A stretch of DNA of 64,000 nucleotides from Camelus ferus (GCF_009834535.1 NC_045705.1:31806001-31870000); one strand, 5' to 3'. Positions 48,221-62,900 are shown, counted from the first letter of the stretch. The notes: generated from the sequence alone by a model not told the origin. Translations and numbers: made by a program.

Positions 48221-49240
48221 AAATTTATTTCAATATAAAGGACTGGGTAGAAGTATTTGGAACTAATCTCCCTTTCCAAATAGTAAAGAAAAAGCAGCAC
48301 CATATTCTTATGCTGACAAAGAGATTTGATATATACAGGAAATAGCATCTTATCATGTTCCAACATAATTTATTTGTTTGGTTTAAGGATAAAATGGAGA
48401 GACATACTAAATTGATATGGAAAATTGGAGCTTAAAAAAAATTCTGTTCTTTTTTAAAGAAAAATCTCATTTAAAAATATCTTTTCTTTGTGTGATTTTC
48501 CTTTATATGAGAAAATCCTATAGGATAGAATCAAAGATGTATTTGTTTATGACCTCTCAACATCTTCATTTCCCCAGGCACATCTCGCTTGGGAAACAAT
48601 GAGGCTTACTGAAGTAATTACAGAGACCAATTAGGCAAATGCAACAATGCCTTTTGTTTGAATTACTCTGTAACAAGTAAGAATATCAGCTATTCCATGT
48701 AGAGAAAAGATAAAACAGGTTGGAATTTAGGAAACCTGAATTTTATTTTTAACCTGCCAGCATCAGAATGTGAAATTTTAGATATGTTCCTTTCCTTCCC
48801 TGGGTCTCAGGTTTTTTACTGCAAAATAAAAATAATGAATTAGATACTCCCTTATAACCCTTTCAATTCTCAATGCCTATGATTTTATTACATGTTTGTT
48901 TATTTGTAGATCAAATTCTGACCTCCATGTACTCAAATTCTTAGAGAGTTCATTTATAATATAGTATGAAATCCAGGAATATTATTCTGATTATGGTGAA
49001 CCATATCCAACACTTTCCAGAGATTTCAGCTCTTAAATTAGACAGCTAACAGCTAGGAACTAAAACAGCAGAAACAGTCTTTTATTTCTACTACTTACTG
49101 GTTACACCAGCCTAGACAGGTGAAATAAATTTTTCTGACCCTTTGCTTTCATATCTATGAATTTGGAATAATATATTCATTTCCTAGGGTTACCTTCAGA
49201 TTAAATATGAAAGAAAAGTCAAGAAGTGCTTGTCACATGA

Positions 49241-49992
49241 TTTTTATAATTTTCGTTTTAATTTTGAAAATTATTGAAGTATAGTCAGTTTACAATATTG
49301 CATCAGTTTTCTGTGCACAGCATAATGTTTCAGACGTACATATACAAACACATATTCTTTTTCATTATAGGTTACTACAAGATATTGAATGTATTTCCAT
49401 GAACTATGCAGTATAGACTTGTTTTTTACATATTTTATATATAATAGTATCTACAAATCTTGAACTCCCAATACCCCTTACCACCCCCTGTCACCCTGGT
49501 AACCCTAAGTTTGTTTTTCATGTCTGTGAGTCTGTTTCTGTTTTGTAAATAAGTCCATTTGTGTCTTTTTTTTAAGATTCCACATATAAGTGATATCATA
49601 CAGTATTTTTCTTTCTCTTTCAGTCTTACTTCACTTAGAAAGATGATCTCCTGGTCCATCCATTTCACTGCAAATGGTATTTTTTATGGCTAAATAGTAT
49701 TCTATTATATAAATATATCATAATTTCTTTATCCAGTCATCTGTTGATGGACACTTAGATTGTTGCCATGTCTTGGCTATTGTAAATAGTGCTACTATGA
49801 ACATTGGGGTGCATGTATCTTTTCAAATTAGAGTTTCCTCCAGATATATGCTTAGGAGTGGGATTGTTGGATCATATGGTTGTCTATTTTTAGTTTTATA
49901 GGAATCTCCATACTGTTTTCCATAATGGCTGCATCAAACTACATTCCCACCAACAGTGTAGGAGTGTTCCCTGTTCTCTACATCCACTCCAT
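49241..49992 (-). mobile_element. Younger cetartiodactyl-type L1 3' end (5'-truncated)
   Basis: ATTGAAGTATAGTCAGTTTACAAT, AGATTCCACATATAAGTGATATCATACAGTATTT and TGAACATTGGGGTGCATGTATCTTTTCAAATTAG; same family as 35091-36993. Confidence 0.92.
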
Positions 49993-52900
49993 ATTCACAT
50001 AATACTTCTTTAAATAGCAAATTTAGGGAACATTAGAAATGGACAAAGTTAAATGTTATTAACTGACTTAACAAAGTAAATAAAATAACTGTGCAATTCT
50101 TAATTCTCCTGAGAGAGGAGATGAGAAATTCTCAGAGGAAGAAGATGTCATCTTACAAATTCCCAAGTGTATTTTGAAACCATATTTCAATGCCTCACCA
50201 AATTAAGATCAGAAATAGTCTTCTGAAAGCCTTTGTTGAAGGATAAATGTTTAAAAAAAATCTGGCTAATTATTTGGTAAGTTTTTATGTGGGAGGTAAT
50301 GTGGGGCCAAGATCAAGATAAAGACTGGAGGTCAGACTGTCTTGAATTATATCTTCAGGTTTGCTCCTTATTAACTGTATGTCCTGGGATACAAGGGTTA
50401 ACTTCTCCTTGTCTCAATTTCTTATTTTTCCAATCATATGTAACAGAAATAACACAGCATTTTATTAGAACCTCTCTTGTTTTACAGTAATTGAAAACTT
50501 TCCTTTTCTAATTATTGAATTGTATAACGTGCCTGTGTATATAAGCAGTTGTTACTAAGCTGTGTGGCTTGTTGGTATCAAGGATGATGTGGAATATATT
50601 ACAGAAAGAAGATACTTGCCAATGCTCTCTTGGCACACACCTGACATACCTAATATTTAAAAATATATTGGATTTCTTATTCTGTTTGGTAAAAGTTGTC
50701 AGTGATTATAAAAATTAATTTTACTGTATTAAGACTGATATGAAAAATTTAAAGTGTAATCAAATTGTCACAACAGCATTATAAAATGAAAATTTGGTGT
50801 TCTTATTTTACAAAAAAATAAAGGAAGATCAGAAAAGTTAAATTACTAGATCATAGAACATGAAAAGCCAGCTTTGAGCCCAAATACCCTTACTCCACAT
50901 CCTGTGGTCTTTTAATTTTGGGAGGGCTAGTATTTGATTATGTTTTGGTATATAAAAATATTTTTGATTATATACCATAGGAAGTAACACTATATTATAT
51001 TAGCAAAAATTATTAGTAGCAATTAAATGCAGATGTTTTTCAAAAGCAGACAGTAAAATATATTTGTAAAATAATTTTACTGTTAGAAAGTTGGCTTTAC
51101 ATTTGTTTCTTTGAATCTAAAATCATTGTTGAAAACTGCTTTAGGAGAATGTTTATGATAGATATGAAAAAACAGGAATATTTAATCCACAGTTGATCAA
51201 AAAAGTACTTCTCAGATACCTTACCTAAGTTATTAGACTCTATTGTGAATTAGTTTGTCTCTTTTCAAAAATGAAGTTTGCTACCAAAATACGCATGTGT
51301 GTATATGCCACAGAGATGTGTTTATAGTTTTCTCTCTTGACAAAAAGATCCAGCCTTCCACTTCACGGATACCATATGTTTTACTGAAAAAATCAATGGA
51401 CTCTTTGATGTAACAATATTTAGCAAGTATATTATGAATAAAAACGTGATGGATCGTAGGAGCACTAGCTTCAGGATCAGCAGACGCTAGTTTTATTTCA
51501 CACTAAGCCGTTATCTTCTCCCATAATCTGGAACAGCTTCCCCTATTTCTAGAAGTAGTTAACTTAGGTAAATTGGAAGGTGTTTCCAAGTTCTGTGATC
51601 TGCCCAAGCCACTATATTTATTGCCATAAGTGTTGTCATATTTGCTTCTACTTCAATTAGAAGTAAATTTGGAAGAGTTATGACACCACAGTCTACTTCC
51701 CAAAGCTTTTCTCTTTGTGGTGAACAATCTTGCAGTTGTCCTTTTGGGTACAGTTGTCTCTGGATTGGACTAAGACAACATGAGCTCTGCTCTTAAGTGC
51801 TTTCTTATTTTTGAGAACATGTTTTTTTCTACCTAGTGAAATGCATTAAGCTGCTGTCAGAATACTTTGCCAGGTATTTATTTGGTTTTTGTGAAATTAT
51901 TCCCTGAACCTATCAAACCATACCTCACCTAGTTTCTGGTCAACTGTGATAAGATTTTTATATAATTTCTTCTGCTTTTTTTCTGAATTACCCTTCATGT
52001 TTGAGAACCTGTGACTCTCCAGGGTTTTAAATGACTCTGGCCTTGGATTTGTATTCTGTATATGGACTTTCCTGGTATAGCTCCAGCAACTCCTCTTTTG
52101 AAAAGATTTTCCTGGACAGTCCTCATTGATTTACACCTAACTCTGCTCTCCTTCCATGTCATGCTTCTCTAGGGCTTGGAGAGCTAGACTAGGCAATGAT
52201 TGGGGTTCTAAAGCAATCTCTCTGCCCCAAACTGTAGATATTTAAGTAGAGGCTGCAAGGCCACTTAATCGGCCACTGTGAATGGATGTCAAGCTTTTAT
52301 GAGGTTGGGAATGATGACTCTGTCTGTACATGCCAATTCTCTGATCTGATTCTAGTTTTCATTACAGAATTAAAAGACAAGTTCAAGTTGAAAACCATTT
52401 TCACACTGACACTTCCACAAAATCCATACTCCTTATAGTTCTTTAGGTAGTTTCACATCCTCATTCAGTCTTTGGCATCTATCATCACACATAGTATTAC
52501 AGTATTATACTATTAAAGTGTCTAGTCAAACTAGGTTAAGTCATCTGGTTTCAGTTTTCTTAAACTCTTTTCCTACATGACACATCCTGCTGACAGTGAC
52601 CACATCCTCTAGATCCAATCCAGAGTTATGCACAATTTATTTTTCTTCTTATTAAAGAAAGCATATTTTAACATGTTGAGTGAGTGTAGTTCTATACAGG
52701 AATATTCCTGAGTTGATTTGAATTGGTTAAATTTATTTACTAAATAATGTCAAATATTCAAATTTATTTATTTTAGTAGATAATTGCAATAAGTCTTACA
52801 GTTGGTGGCAGTTTAACAACATCAGGACACTTTCAATGTAAAGCAATCATTTAAAGATAAGAATCCTGGCCCAGGGTTTACTGGTCTGGTTTCTTATTTC

Positions 52901-53374
52901 CTCTTGCCAAATGGTGTTCTTATTCAATGTCTTATATTTTCTTGTTATAAATTGTGAATATTATTGCCCATTTTTCATTTTCCATAGGTCTACTGTTAGA
53001 TTAAGTGACAAAATTGCATTTTACCATCTCCAAATATAATTGAAAAATTGAATTATTTTCATCATTATCATGTTAATCTAATTCCAGCATTAACACAAAA
53101 TATGACCACTTTAAAAACCTACTGTAAACTATACCAGGTCCAAAGTGCCATAATTATAATAGGGTTCATAATTACCACTTGTACATCTGAAAACAATATT
53201 TAAAAATTATGATTAGAATGAATGGTAGATCAACGAAAATAAAATACTACCCTGAAAAATTTTAAAGTCAGATAGTTACCTACCTAAATGATTAGTTTAT
53301 ACAATAGTCAATATTTGGACTCCATATTATGCTCATTTGTTATCAAATACCTAAATTCAGAAGTGGTCAAACTG

Positions 53375-53840
53375 ATGATGTTTTTCTCTTGTCATAGCGT
53401 TTGCCTTCCTGCAGGTTTAAGGAGGAGTTCAAAAACAACATGAGTGCTCTAAGAGTTCTCCTCTGAAATTCAGTTATATGCAATAATTAGGTTGTTCGCA
53501 AGATCTATTAATGGTGGTGAAGTACCCCTGAGTCCAATTAGTCACAGATAAAAACTTCACAGAATTGGGCTATAAACAGGAAATGTGGTAGCACTTTGAA
53601 GTTTCAAGAAAAATGCCTTATCCAAAGGTACTGCTTATAAATCAGCAAAGACACTTATTATAGCTGAGCTAGGTGGCATTTTTAATCTTACGACTTTACT
53701 TCTTTCTTGGAGAACTAGCAGCTGCCTGGGGCCCTGGCCATAGAGCTATGTCAGACAACTTCATAGGTAAGGTTTACTTTTTTCCCCAGGATATCATATA
53801 ATCACAGACTTTCAAGATTAAATGGATCTTACAAATTATA
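53375..53840 (+). promoter_or_regulatory. Predicted promoter and first non-coding exon of the 56098-57024 OR
   Basis: Inverted homology to 6240-6720: TAATGG 53509-53514, O/E-like TACCCCTGAG 53523-53532, CAATTAG 53535-53541 and donor TAG|GTAAGG at 53766/53767. Confidence 0.7.
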
Positions 53841-55896
53841 TGATCACCCCTCATCCTCACCAATCTATGACTTCAATCCCTCTTTAGCATGAAAACATCA
53901 AGAGAGACTCAACTACAATAACATTAATTTAGAAATAAAATATTTTTTTCTCAGTGAGAGATATTTAAGTTATGATAATAATATAATTAGAATTAAATTA
54001 GTTAGAATTATTACATAATTCAAATTCACATCCCAAATTTTCCTTAGTTAAGAAAACAATGTAAGAATTTTCCTATGATATGGCACAACCTTTTTAAACA
54101 CCTCTGGTAAAAAATGCACATGAATCAAGGAGATGCACTATATTTTAGTCATCCATCTCTCCAATATTGAACATTCCATGTAGTTTCTAAATTTTTCACA
54201 GCTCTTAAAAATAGTGTTGATCACATCTATAAATAATGACATTTCTCTTCCAAAAAATATTTTCCTTTAGGGTTTATTCCTAGAAAGAATACTGTGGAGC
54301 CAAAGGAAAAGGAAAAAGTAATTTCCATTTCTTCCTAGGTATTTCTAAATCACTTTTATTAATTATGTCTAATGCTTACTCTATGTGCACTCTTCTTGTT
54401 TCCTCTCTGTTGAGGGCTCCCACCTCACAACAAGGGGGTGTACTGCAGCTGCTGCACTCTGTTTCCTCATATGTGTAAAGCTTTTGTTTTGGATAATTAA
54501 AAAAATAAAGCTTTAAACATGTATCATTCAAAGGAAAAGACATTTTTGGTCGAATACATTTCATTATGTTCATGTTTTCCCTCTTCTTTGGGAAATTTTT
54601 GTCCCCAAATTTCCTCATTGTATTAGTAATGCTGTGTCTTGTAACCAGGAATGATGGATGATGGATGCTGTGGGAAGAAGGGAGAAGGAGGCACGAGAAC
54701 GCCTGTAGCAGAAACATAAAGGGGTGGGAAGGTCACTCACATCATGGAGGGATGAGTTGCTGCTGTCTGGTAATGAAATTTCAGGCATCACAGGCATTTA
54801 AGAGCAATACTTTTCACGACTGTGTGAACAAACATACATTAATATATGTCCAGGGAATATGTGTTGAATGAGTGAACTTGTAGTAGGTATTTACAGTAAG
54901 TAATAGATTTTACATGTGTCTGTGTTGTGCGTGTTTATACACATATATGTATATTATCTATCTCTCTGTTGTATCTAGCAGACTCTTTCATTTTTTATTA
55001 TTTTTAGAATTTTGAAAATTGGGATTCCCTTTGTGTGACAGATCCTTGTGTACTGAACACCTATGCAAGAGTTTGTTTTTTTCCCCAAGTCTACAAAGTC
55101 TGTAAATTCACTCAATATGTCAATATTAAATTGTGTGTGGAACAGAATTTTGAAGAATAAGAATTATCGATTAAAAAACACTATAATTATCTTGAGAGTA
55201 AAATGATCCCTTAACTTACTCTTAACTAGAGGTGATTCATATTTTCATATTTACCCTACAAATGTGTTAGAAACTATTAAACTGGAATACAGCTTCTTTT
55301 CAGATTTTTATTTATGTTTCTCATAGAGAAGCAGATAAACAATGATAAACAGAGCAGGGGGACAAACACACTTTAATTCCTGGTAGGTTTGTGGTCTGGG
55401 AAGCAGTTGCGTTCTTACCCACGGAGAATGGTGATTCTCTAAGCATTTACTAATCACCTAATAGGTTTCAGAAACTTCAGGCATTGGGCCAGGCAGTGCG
55501 GCAGGCTCAGTGACAAGGCTCACATGAATAGCATCTGTATTATAGGAGGTACCAGGGAGGGCATGTGAACAACAACATATACATTTTCCTAAATGGTCTG
55601 CTTATGGTAGATTATCATCGCCATTGTCTTTCTTTCCAGTTAGAGCTGAGGGTTCAAATGTAAATTCTCATGGAAGATGGAATACATCTTACCTGTGTGC
55701 AGCACCTCTCAGCTCACAAGACCCATCTGAGATTTACAGTTTGTAACCTCACAGACACAGAGGAAGGCTCGGAATCATGGGACACAGAGCTGATGTACCA
55801 GAGTCACATGGAGTTGGAACCAGAATGAGAATCCAGATCTCACGAGGACAGCCTACGGTTTTCTGAGTAAATTTCCCATCAACTGTTTGTTTGAAG

Positions 55897-55974
55897 AGAT
55901 GGAAACATCATGGAGGAAGTAAGAGAGAACTGAATCAAGCACTGAGGCAGGAGTGTTAAGGACACTCTCCACAG
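55897..55974 (+). other. Predicted non-coding 5'UTR exon of the 56098 OR
   Basis: Homologous to 5256-5340; donor CAG|GTACAG at 55974/55975, next acceptor at 56062-56063. Confidence 0.55.
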
Positions 55975-56097
55975 GTACAGTGGCTGCTCTAGTTTTTATA
56001 CCAAGAAATTCAGACCATGATCTTTTCATGATTAATGAATATCTTTCCTTTTTCCTGTTCTAGGTAGTTCAGGCCCCAGGAAGATGTTATTTGCTGA

Positions 56098-57024
56098 ATG
56101 GACCTCCTCACGCCTCCCAACAATGTGACTGAATTTGTTCTCTTGGGACTCATGCAGGATCCACACTTGCAGAAAGTACTCTTCATTGTCTTCCTGTTTA
56201 CTTTCCTATTTACCCTACTGGCCAATCTGCTCATTGTCATTACCATCTCCCTCAGCCCCACACTTTCAACGCCCATGTACTACTTTCTCAGTTATTTGTC
56301 TGTCTTAGATGTATCACTCACCTCCGTCACCACCCCCAAAATGCTCATTGACATGCTGCAGCAGAGGAAAACCATCTCCAGGGGTGGCTGCATGACTCAG
56401 CTCTTTTTGGAACACTTTCTGGGAGGCTCAGAGGCCATCATACTGGTTGTCATGGCCTATGACCGCTACGTGGCCATCTGTAAGCCTCTGCACTACACAA
56501 CCATTATGTGACAGGGGCTCTGCCAGTTCCTGGTGGTGGTGGTCTGGACTGGGGGCATTGTGCATGCTACTCTGCAGATTCTTTCTGCAGATGACTTGAC
56601 CTTCTGTGGTCCCAATGTCATTGACCACTTCATGTGTGACTTCTTCTCACTGTTGAAACTTGCCTGCAGCGACACCTACAGGCTTGGAGTGGTGGTGGCA
56701 GCCAACAGTGGGGCCATGTGCTTACTCATTTTTTTCATGCTACTCATCTCCTACATAGTCGTCCTGCGCTCCCTGAAGTCCCATGGCTCTGCGGGCCCTC
56801 ACAAGGCCCTCTCTACATGTGGCTCACTCTTTACAGTAGTGGTGCTCTATTTTGTCCCTTCTATCTTCACCTACATGCGTCCTGTGGGCACGTACCCTGT
56901 AGACAAGTTGGTGAGTGTGTTCTATTCAGTCCTCACTCCCATGTTAAATCCTATCATTTACACAGTGAGAAACACTGAGGTGAAAAATGCCATGAGGAGT
57001 TTGTTGAAGAGGAGAGTAACTTAG
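56098..57024 (+). pseudogene. OR4C-type gene (paralog of 4203-5129) with one in-frame TGA at codon 138
   Basis: ATG TGA CAG at 56506-56514 versus ATG CGA CAG in the paralog; the frame is otherwise open to TAG at 57022-57024. Confidence 0.92.
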
Positions 57025-57608
57025 GCTGTTCATGATGCCGAAGAAGTAATGATTTACATAGGAAGGATTATACCTGTTGAAATTTGTGCAAAAGAAAAAT
57101 TAAGGAAGTTTGCAGATCACTGAGAAAAAAGGCCTAGGAACTAGCATTTGTTGACTACTTAGTAATGGGTAGGCATTTATTCTGATAACTTGTATTTTAC
57201 CAAGGCTTCAATATCCATGTCATAGCTTCTTAATAGCCCATGGAGAGAACAATCATCAACCCTTAGTAATGATTGTAGTGTATGATTTTTTTCTCCAGAA
57301 TCTTCCTGTTACTTTACCAAACTCTTAGTATGTGTTACTTGGATGAAATTGGCTTTTCCATAGGCCCTTCACCTAAGAACTCTTGTTTTTGCTTAGCCTT
57401 TGGCAAAGCCAATAAGGGATAAAAATTCTTAGACAGACACACAGGGAAGGGACAGTTGCTTGAAGGAATCACAGCTGAAATTTTATCCCTTCTCTATGAA
57501 TTTACAAAACCAATAAGAGAGACATCCATAAAAAGAGGAAAGAATAATTCAAAATCCATTTTTGAATTTTTTTTGGCACAAAATAAGCCCGAAATTTTGA
57601 AGTTACTC

Positions 57609-57717
57609 TTTTTTTTAATTGAAGTATAGTTAGCTTACAGTGGTTCAGTTTCTGGTGTCGAGTATAATGTTTCAGTCATATATATCCATAAATGTAATTG
57701 TTTTCATACTTTTTCTT
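57609..57717 (-). mobile_element. Very short young L1 3' end
   Basis: TTTTTTTTAATTGAAGTATAGTTAGCTTACAGT..ATAATGTTTCAGTCATATATAT. Confidence 0.75.
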
Positions 57718-59906
57718 AACTATCCTTATGGCTCACAATTTGTCATGAATATAAAGAATTTTTTTCAGTGTAAATACTTGTGAAGCCATTTGGAAGAAGA
57801 AGGGTAAACTTTTTTTTCATCCAATTTCAACAAAAAATGCATACAGTTAGGTTCCAAAGCTATTGCTCTGTAGGTCTGATGCACATTTTTACACTAAATG
57901 AACACCTGATTATATATCAGTCATATCCACCTCAGTTGTTTCATCCACATACTAAGCCTGTCATTCCATGATTAATATGACCATTTTACACTGAAGCAAG
58001 TTGAAGCCAGAGAGGTTTCAGTAACTTACTTGCCTTTACTAGTTTACTTACACACGCTTACCCCATATAGTGTGTCAGGGACTATTACGATGAAATGCAC
58101 CTTCTTTTCAAAAGTTTCAGCTACAAACTTGCAATCCAGGTCTTAAAAACTCAGTCTTACTTTCTTTCAAGTGAAACACAATTGTCTGTGGTATATTTAG
58201 GTCTACAGATAAGAAAATTGTATGCAATAAAATAAAAATATAGTACTCTGCTGGCATCAGTCTATTTCATTCATCAAACTTTATCAACCTATTACTTCAC
58301 ATATTAAACAAATATAAAGTCAAGAACCTCACTCCAAGGTTCTTCCTCATATTTTCACTATGTAATTATAATAAAGTGAAGGTCATCCTAAGAGTTTCCT
58401 AAAGACTCAAGTCATTACACTGATACGGATTTAGTCTTTAGTTATAGGTGGAAAAGAAATAAAGAAATTTAGGGCTAAAATTAATCTTTACTTTGCAGTA
58501 TTTTTAAATGGCATTGTGAAGTTTCTTCTATGATTGAAAATTAAAGGGCAACTAGAAGCTAACTACAAAAGCTTTTCACACCATGTTCCCCGTCTCCTCT
58601 ATAGCACAAAAGTTAGAGTTACTCTGTGTTCCTAAAACATTTCTGGCTTTGGGTCATTTTTAAGACACAACTACATTCATGCTCTCTGGGGGCTCGGGGA
58701 GGACTAGAAATACTAACATTACAAGCTCTAAGCCCTGTGTACATTTCTGATCTTGCTCCTTGCCACTCTATGCCCAGATCATTGTGTCCCATCCATTCTG
58801 GTATTTTATATTTCCTTGGAAGTACCACGGTATCTCTTGCATTAGTCTTCTCTCTCTAGAGTCTTCATCCCACTGATCCTCATATGGCTGTTTCATTTTG
58901 ATATGTTTTGTCAATTATTGGTGCTCATCAGTGTTAAGCTTATTAATATTTCATAACTTTTCCTAAGAGACCCTCAACAGAATTCAAAGTCAGCTGAAAT
59001 GTTACCTTCTAATAGAATTCTTCTCTGACTATCCAATATGAAGTAGGTTCCATGAAATAGTCACAGCCCTCCATTTCCACAAACTCTGTACTTACGGCCA
59101 CTTTCTGCCTTTTGGTTTTCCTTTGTTTATTTTTCATTTTATTGATTGCCTTCTTTTTCCCCCATAACCATTTGAATTTGGCTACTTGAATTTGGTTATT
59201 TGGCTCTTGTATTCTATAATCATTCAACAGGTATTTATTGTAAACCTAACAAATGCCATGCATAAATAAAATTTCCTCTTTTGTAGTTGTCCAATCTAGA
59301 GAGAGATGGAAAGTAAAAAAATCCAATGATAATTATACACAAATAACTCTTGGTCATTGTTACTAAGAAGATAAAGAGGATGTAGACATAGAGAATAATG
59401 GTAAGAGTAGAAGAATCATTGACTTGATTCATGAGAGGAGGCTCTCTGAGAGAATGCCAATCTCTTAATCTAGGACCAGAAGCTATAGACAAACAACCAC
59501 TTGAGTAGATGAGAGCTTGTTTTCAGAGAGAGAGAAGCAACAGCACTGAGGTGAGAAAAGGCTTTATCAGCTCTAAGGGCAGATGGGAAAAACCTAACAC
59601 GTCTGGTTCATGGTGAGGGGCAGGGAGGCACTCAATATGTGGTTGGAAAATTAGAGGTAGCAGAGAGATTAACCAGGAGATTCTAGGATAAGGCAAGGAG
59701 GTTCTAAAGGCAATGGGAGGCCAAGGAAGGATGTGAAGCAGTAGAGCACCATAATCCTTCAGTTGTAAACACCCTAAATCATAAGTCAGATTTATATTTT
59801 TAAGAGATCCCTCTGGCTGTTGGTGGAGAATAGACAGTTACTTTTTACACCTTTCTAAAAGAATGACTTCTCCTTACAGGAAACATGTGATGTGCTCAGC
59901 ATTCTA

Positions 59907-60839
59907 TCACTTGCCAACTGAAGGATTTCCTTGTTTCATCCACAGTTTTCTCATGGAATTTTTCACCTCTGCATTCCTCAGGGTGTAGATCAAGGGATTT
60001 AACATGGGTGTGATGACTGACTCAGACACAGTCATAGCCTTGTCTATGGGGTAGGTGGCCACAGGCCTCACGTACAAGAAAATGCACGGCACAAAGAACA
60101 TGACGACCACCGTGAGGTGGGAACCACAGGTGGAGAGAGCTTTACGCCGCCCTTCAGAGCTGCAGAACTTCAGGGAGCAGAGGATGACCATGTAGGAGGT
60201 GATGAGGATAAGGAAGATGGCCAGACACATCACCCCACTGTTGAGGATGACCAAGAGGCCCAGGATGTGGGTGTCCATGCAGGCCAGTTTCAACAATGGA
60301 AACAAGTCACACATAAAGTGGTCTATGATATTGGGGCCACAGAAGGGTATTTGATACATGAAGAGAAGCTGTATAACTGCGTGGAAAAGTCCCCCCAGCC
60401 AGGCCCCTCCCAACAACAGGCAGCACACCCGAGGTCTCATGATGGTCATGTAGTGCAGGGGCTTACAGATGGCCACGTAGCGGTCATAGGCCATGACAAA
60501 GAGAAGGATGATCCCCACTCCACCAAAGAAGTGCTCTGCAAAGAGCTGGGCCATGCAGCCTTTGAAGGAGATGGTAGTGCTCTCAGAGAGGGAGTCCACA
60601 ATCATCTTGGGGGCAATGACAGAAGAGAAGGTGACATCCAAAATGGACAAGGAAGTAAGGAAAAAATACATGGGTGATCTCAGACTCTGATCTGTGACCA
60701 TGGTTACCACAATGAGGAGGTTTCCCAAGACGGTGGACACATACATGATTAGAAACACAGCAGAGAGTATTCTCCTCAACTCTGGATTCTTCATAATGCC
60801 CAAAAGGATGAATTCAGTCACATTGTTTTGATTTCCCAT
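59907..60839 (-). CDS. OR4C6: Olfactory receptor 4C6-like, 310 aa, intact
   Basis: [54 protein letters not shown] and PIDKAM.VS.S.ITPMLNP match human OR4C6 as I recall it; acceptor at 60882-60881. Confidence 0.93.
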   Translation of the reverse strand: MGNQNNVTEFILLGIMKNPELRRILSAVFLIMYVSTVLGNLLIVVTMVTDQSLRSPMYFFLTSLSILDVTFSSVIAPKMIVDSLSESTTISFKGCMAQLFAEHFFGGVGIILLFVMAYDRYVAICKPLHYMTIMRPRVCCLLLGGAWLGGLFHAVIQLLFMYQIPFCGPNIIDHFMCDLFPLLKLACMDTHILGLLVILNSGVMCLAIFLILITSYMVILCSLKFCSSEGRRKALSTCGSHLTVVVMFFVPCIFLYVRPVATYPIDKAMTVSESVITPMLNPLIYTLRNAEVKNSMRKLWMKQGNPSVGK

Positions 60840-61199
60840 GTATTAGATGATGATATAAGCCCCAGCTGAGAGTTATAAACCTGAAAAAAGCAGCATACCA
60901 TTTATAATTAGTGATTGTTTGGCTTCATGTATTTCCAGGATCTCAGGGAACTTATGTTCCTTTTTTTTTTTTTTTTTTCATTTATTCACCATCTAAGCAT
61001 TTGGCCTTTAATAACATGCTAAATAAAGAGCTTAAAAGAGAGCAAGTTCATTAAAGCTAGGATCTCCCCAGGCCTTTTCTTCTCTCTCTTTAAATGGTCC
61101 TTCCATGTGAAATACATTTTTCCTCCTTTTGTTGTTATCATTTATAGCCAACATTTGAAAGTACCTACCTTGCTCCAGGCATTAGAATAACCCTATGAC

Positions 61200-61330
61200 T
61201 GACTCTTTTACAGATGAGGCAACTGCTTCTCAGAGAGTTCAGGAAACTTAACTAGGGCTGCACAGCGAGTGGGTAGTGGGGCTGGAAAGCAAACCACATT
61301 TTCTGACTCCAGAATCAGTGCTTTCAAACA
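61200..61330 (-). repeat. MIR SINE
   Basis: TTTTACAGATGAGGCAACTG..CTCAGAGAG....TCTGACTCCAGAATCAGTGCTTT is the antisense MIR core. Confidence 0.75.
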
Positions 61331-62569
61331 TCAGTATTGCTTCTCTAGCAATTACACTGTGAGTTTATCATTTACCAATCTCCGTGCTAAGTATGTTACA
61401 ATATATTATCCTGTTGTATCTTCAATAAACATGAAGTGGATTATTCTTCTGGGTTATTTTTCAAGCAATGTGACACTTTTTTCATAATTTTGTGTTATAC
61501 TCCTAACTATGAAATGATCAAAATACATCGAAAACTAGTGATAATATCATCTCTGACTAATACAGTGTCCGTTGATGGAGATTACAAAGTGTGATGATTC
61601 AGCAAAGACCCAGGTCACAATGTAATTGACTCAAATCTGAATCAGTCCAAGTCATTCCTTTCAGTTCCTCTGTTTCCTACACGGAGCAAAGGATTCTGGA
61701 ACACAGCAGTGACAACAATTCAATAACCAGGTTCACTAACTGTGTTGCCAGGCAGTGTCAAGTACGATGCAGATACTACCTCATTTAGACTTCATGGTAC
61801 CATATGAAGCGGGCACTGGTCCTATACCCATTTTAAAGAAGAGAAATTGAGGTCTTTGCACGTTAACTCTCTTGCATAAGATTATACAACTAGTGCGCTA
61901 CGGAGCTGGCATTTTGATCACAAAGCTCAAACGCTTAACTGCTATGTTCTGCTCCGGAAGAGAGAAAAGATTATGCGGGGTTTCAGGAGAGTTACTATGG
62001 CAGCCTGGAAAAAAGTTAACAATGAAAACATGCTTTCTATTTGTGGGATTTCTAAGCAGAGGCAGGCTGCCTCCTCTCAGGAATTTTGCATATAGCATAG
62101 CTTCAAACTGTATTTGGACTGTAACACTCTGTGAGTGATGAGAGGTCAGCCGTGCTATTCAACAACCCCACCGCCACCTCCATTCCTTACACAAATGCAG
62201 AGGGTCCACAGGAGACTACGAGAGAAACATTTTATTCATGTTACTTAACCTCCTCCTCTCCCTCCCAGCCCAAGAACTGAGATTTTTTCGTAGAAGAACC
62301 TTTGTTCATCATAAGGAACACTGGCTCAGGAGTCAGGAAGGGAGAAGTGGGTCTTATCCCAAGTCACATCACTAACCGAGTCTGTTAGTTTCCTCTCTTG
62401 CATGTAAGGATGGCTCACTAGCTGAGAAGCCACAGAAGGAACTCTGTCCTCTTCATACACAAACATTCAAATCTCAATTGCATTCACTGTTTATGCCTCT
62501 GGGTAAGATTTCCTTAGAGATGTGATTCATTTCATGCTAAAAAAAAAAAAAAAAGGAAGCCAGTGTTCT

Positions 62570-62900
62570 AAGTACTAACTCATGCCCCATCTGTCCTTGT
62601 GGCTTGGGACTTACAGTGATTCCTACCTGACATTCAACATTTGTCTCCAGAACCCTGTCTCTTAATTATTCAACTTTATTCCTCTGTTTTCCTCACTTTA
62701 TTGCATTGTCATCCCACCCACTTCCTGCCAGACTCATCACTTTTTTTCACATCTGCCTTTCTGTGTCCAGGGAACATCACTGGATCCAGATACAGCAAAC
62801 TTACCCCTAAGTCACAGCCAGGCCACTGGCAGGCTTAGTACATAATCTCAGCCTCCCCAAGCCTCAATTCCTGCAGCAGTGCAATTATTCAAAGAGAAAC
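62570..62900. repeat. L2-like fragment
   Basis: Pyrimidine-rich degenerate sequence resembling an L2 3' region; weak. Confidence 0.35.

Noticed and set aside
48230-53300. Long AT-rich intergenic stretch searched for a standalone OR enhancer
   Set aside because: Only scattered TAATTA cores and MIR/L1 debris; no clustered composite motif or paralog conservation that I could support.
56509-56511. In-frame TGA as selenocysteine
   Set aside because: The paralog has Arg, ORs are not known selenoproteins, and I saw no SECIS-like element.
60117-60677. 186-aa plus-strand ORF
   Set aside because: It lies wholly antisense to the OR4C6-like CDS. It is a shadow ORF caused by OR codon bias, as are those at 4552, 4936, 56010 and 56428.
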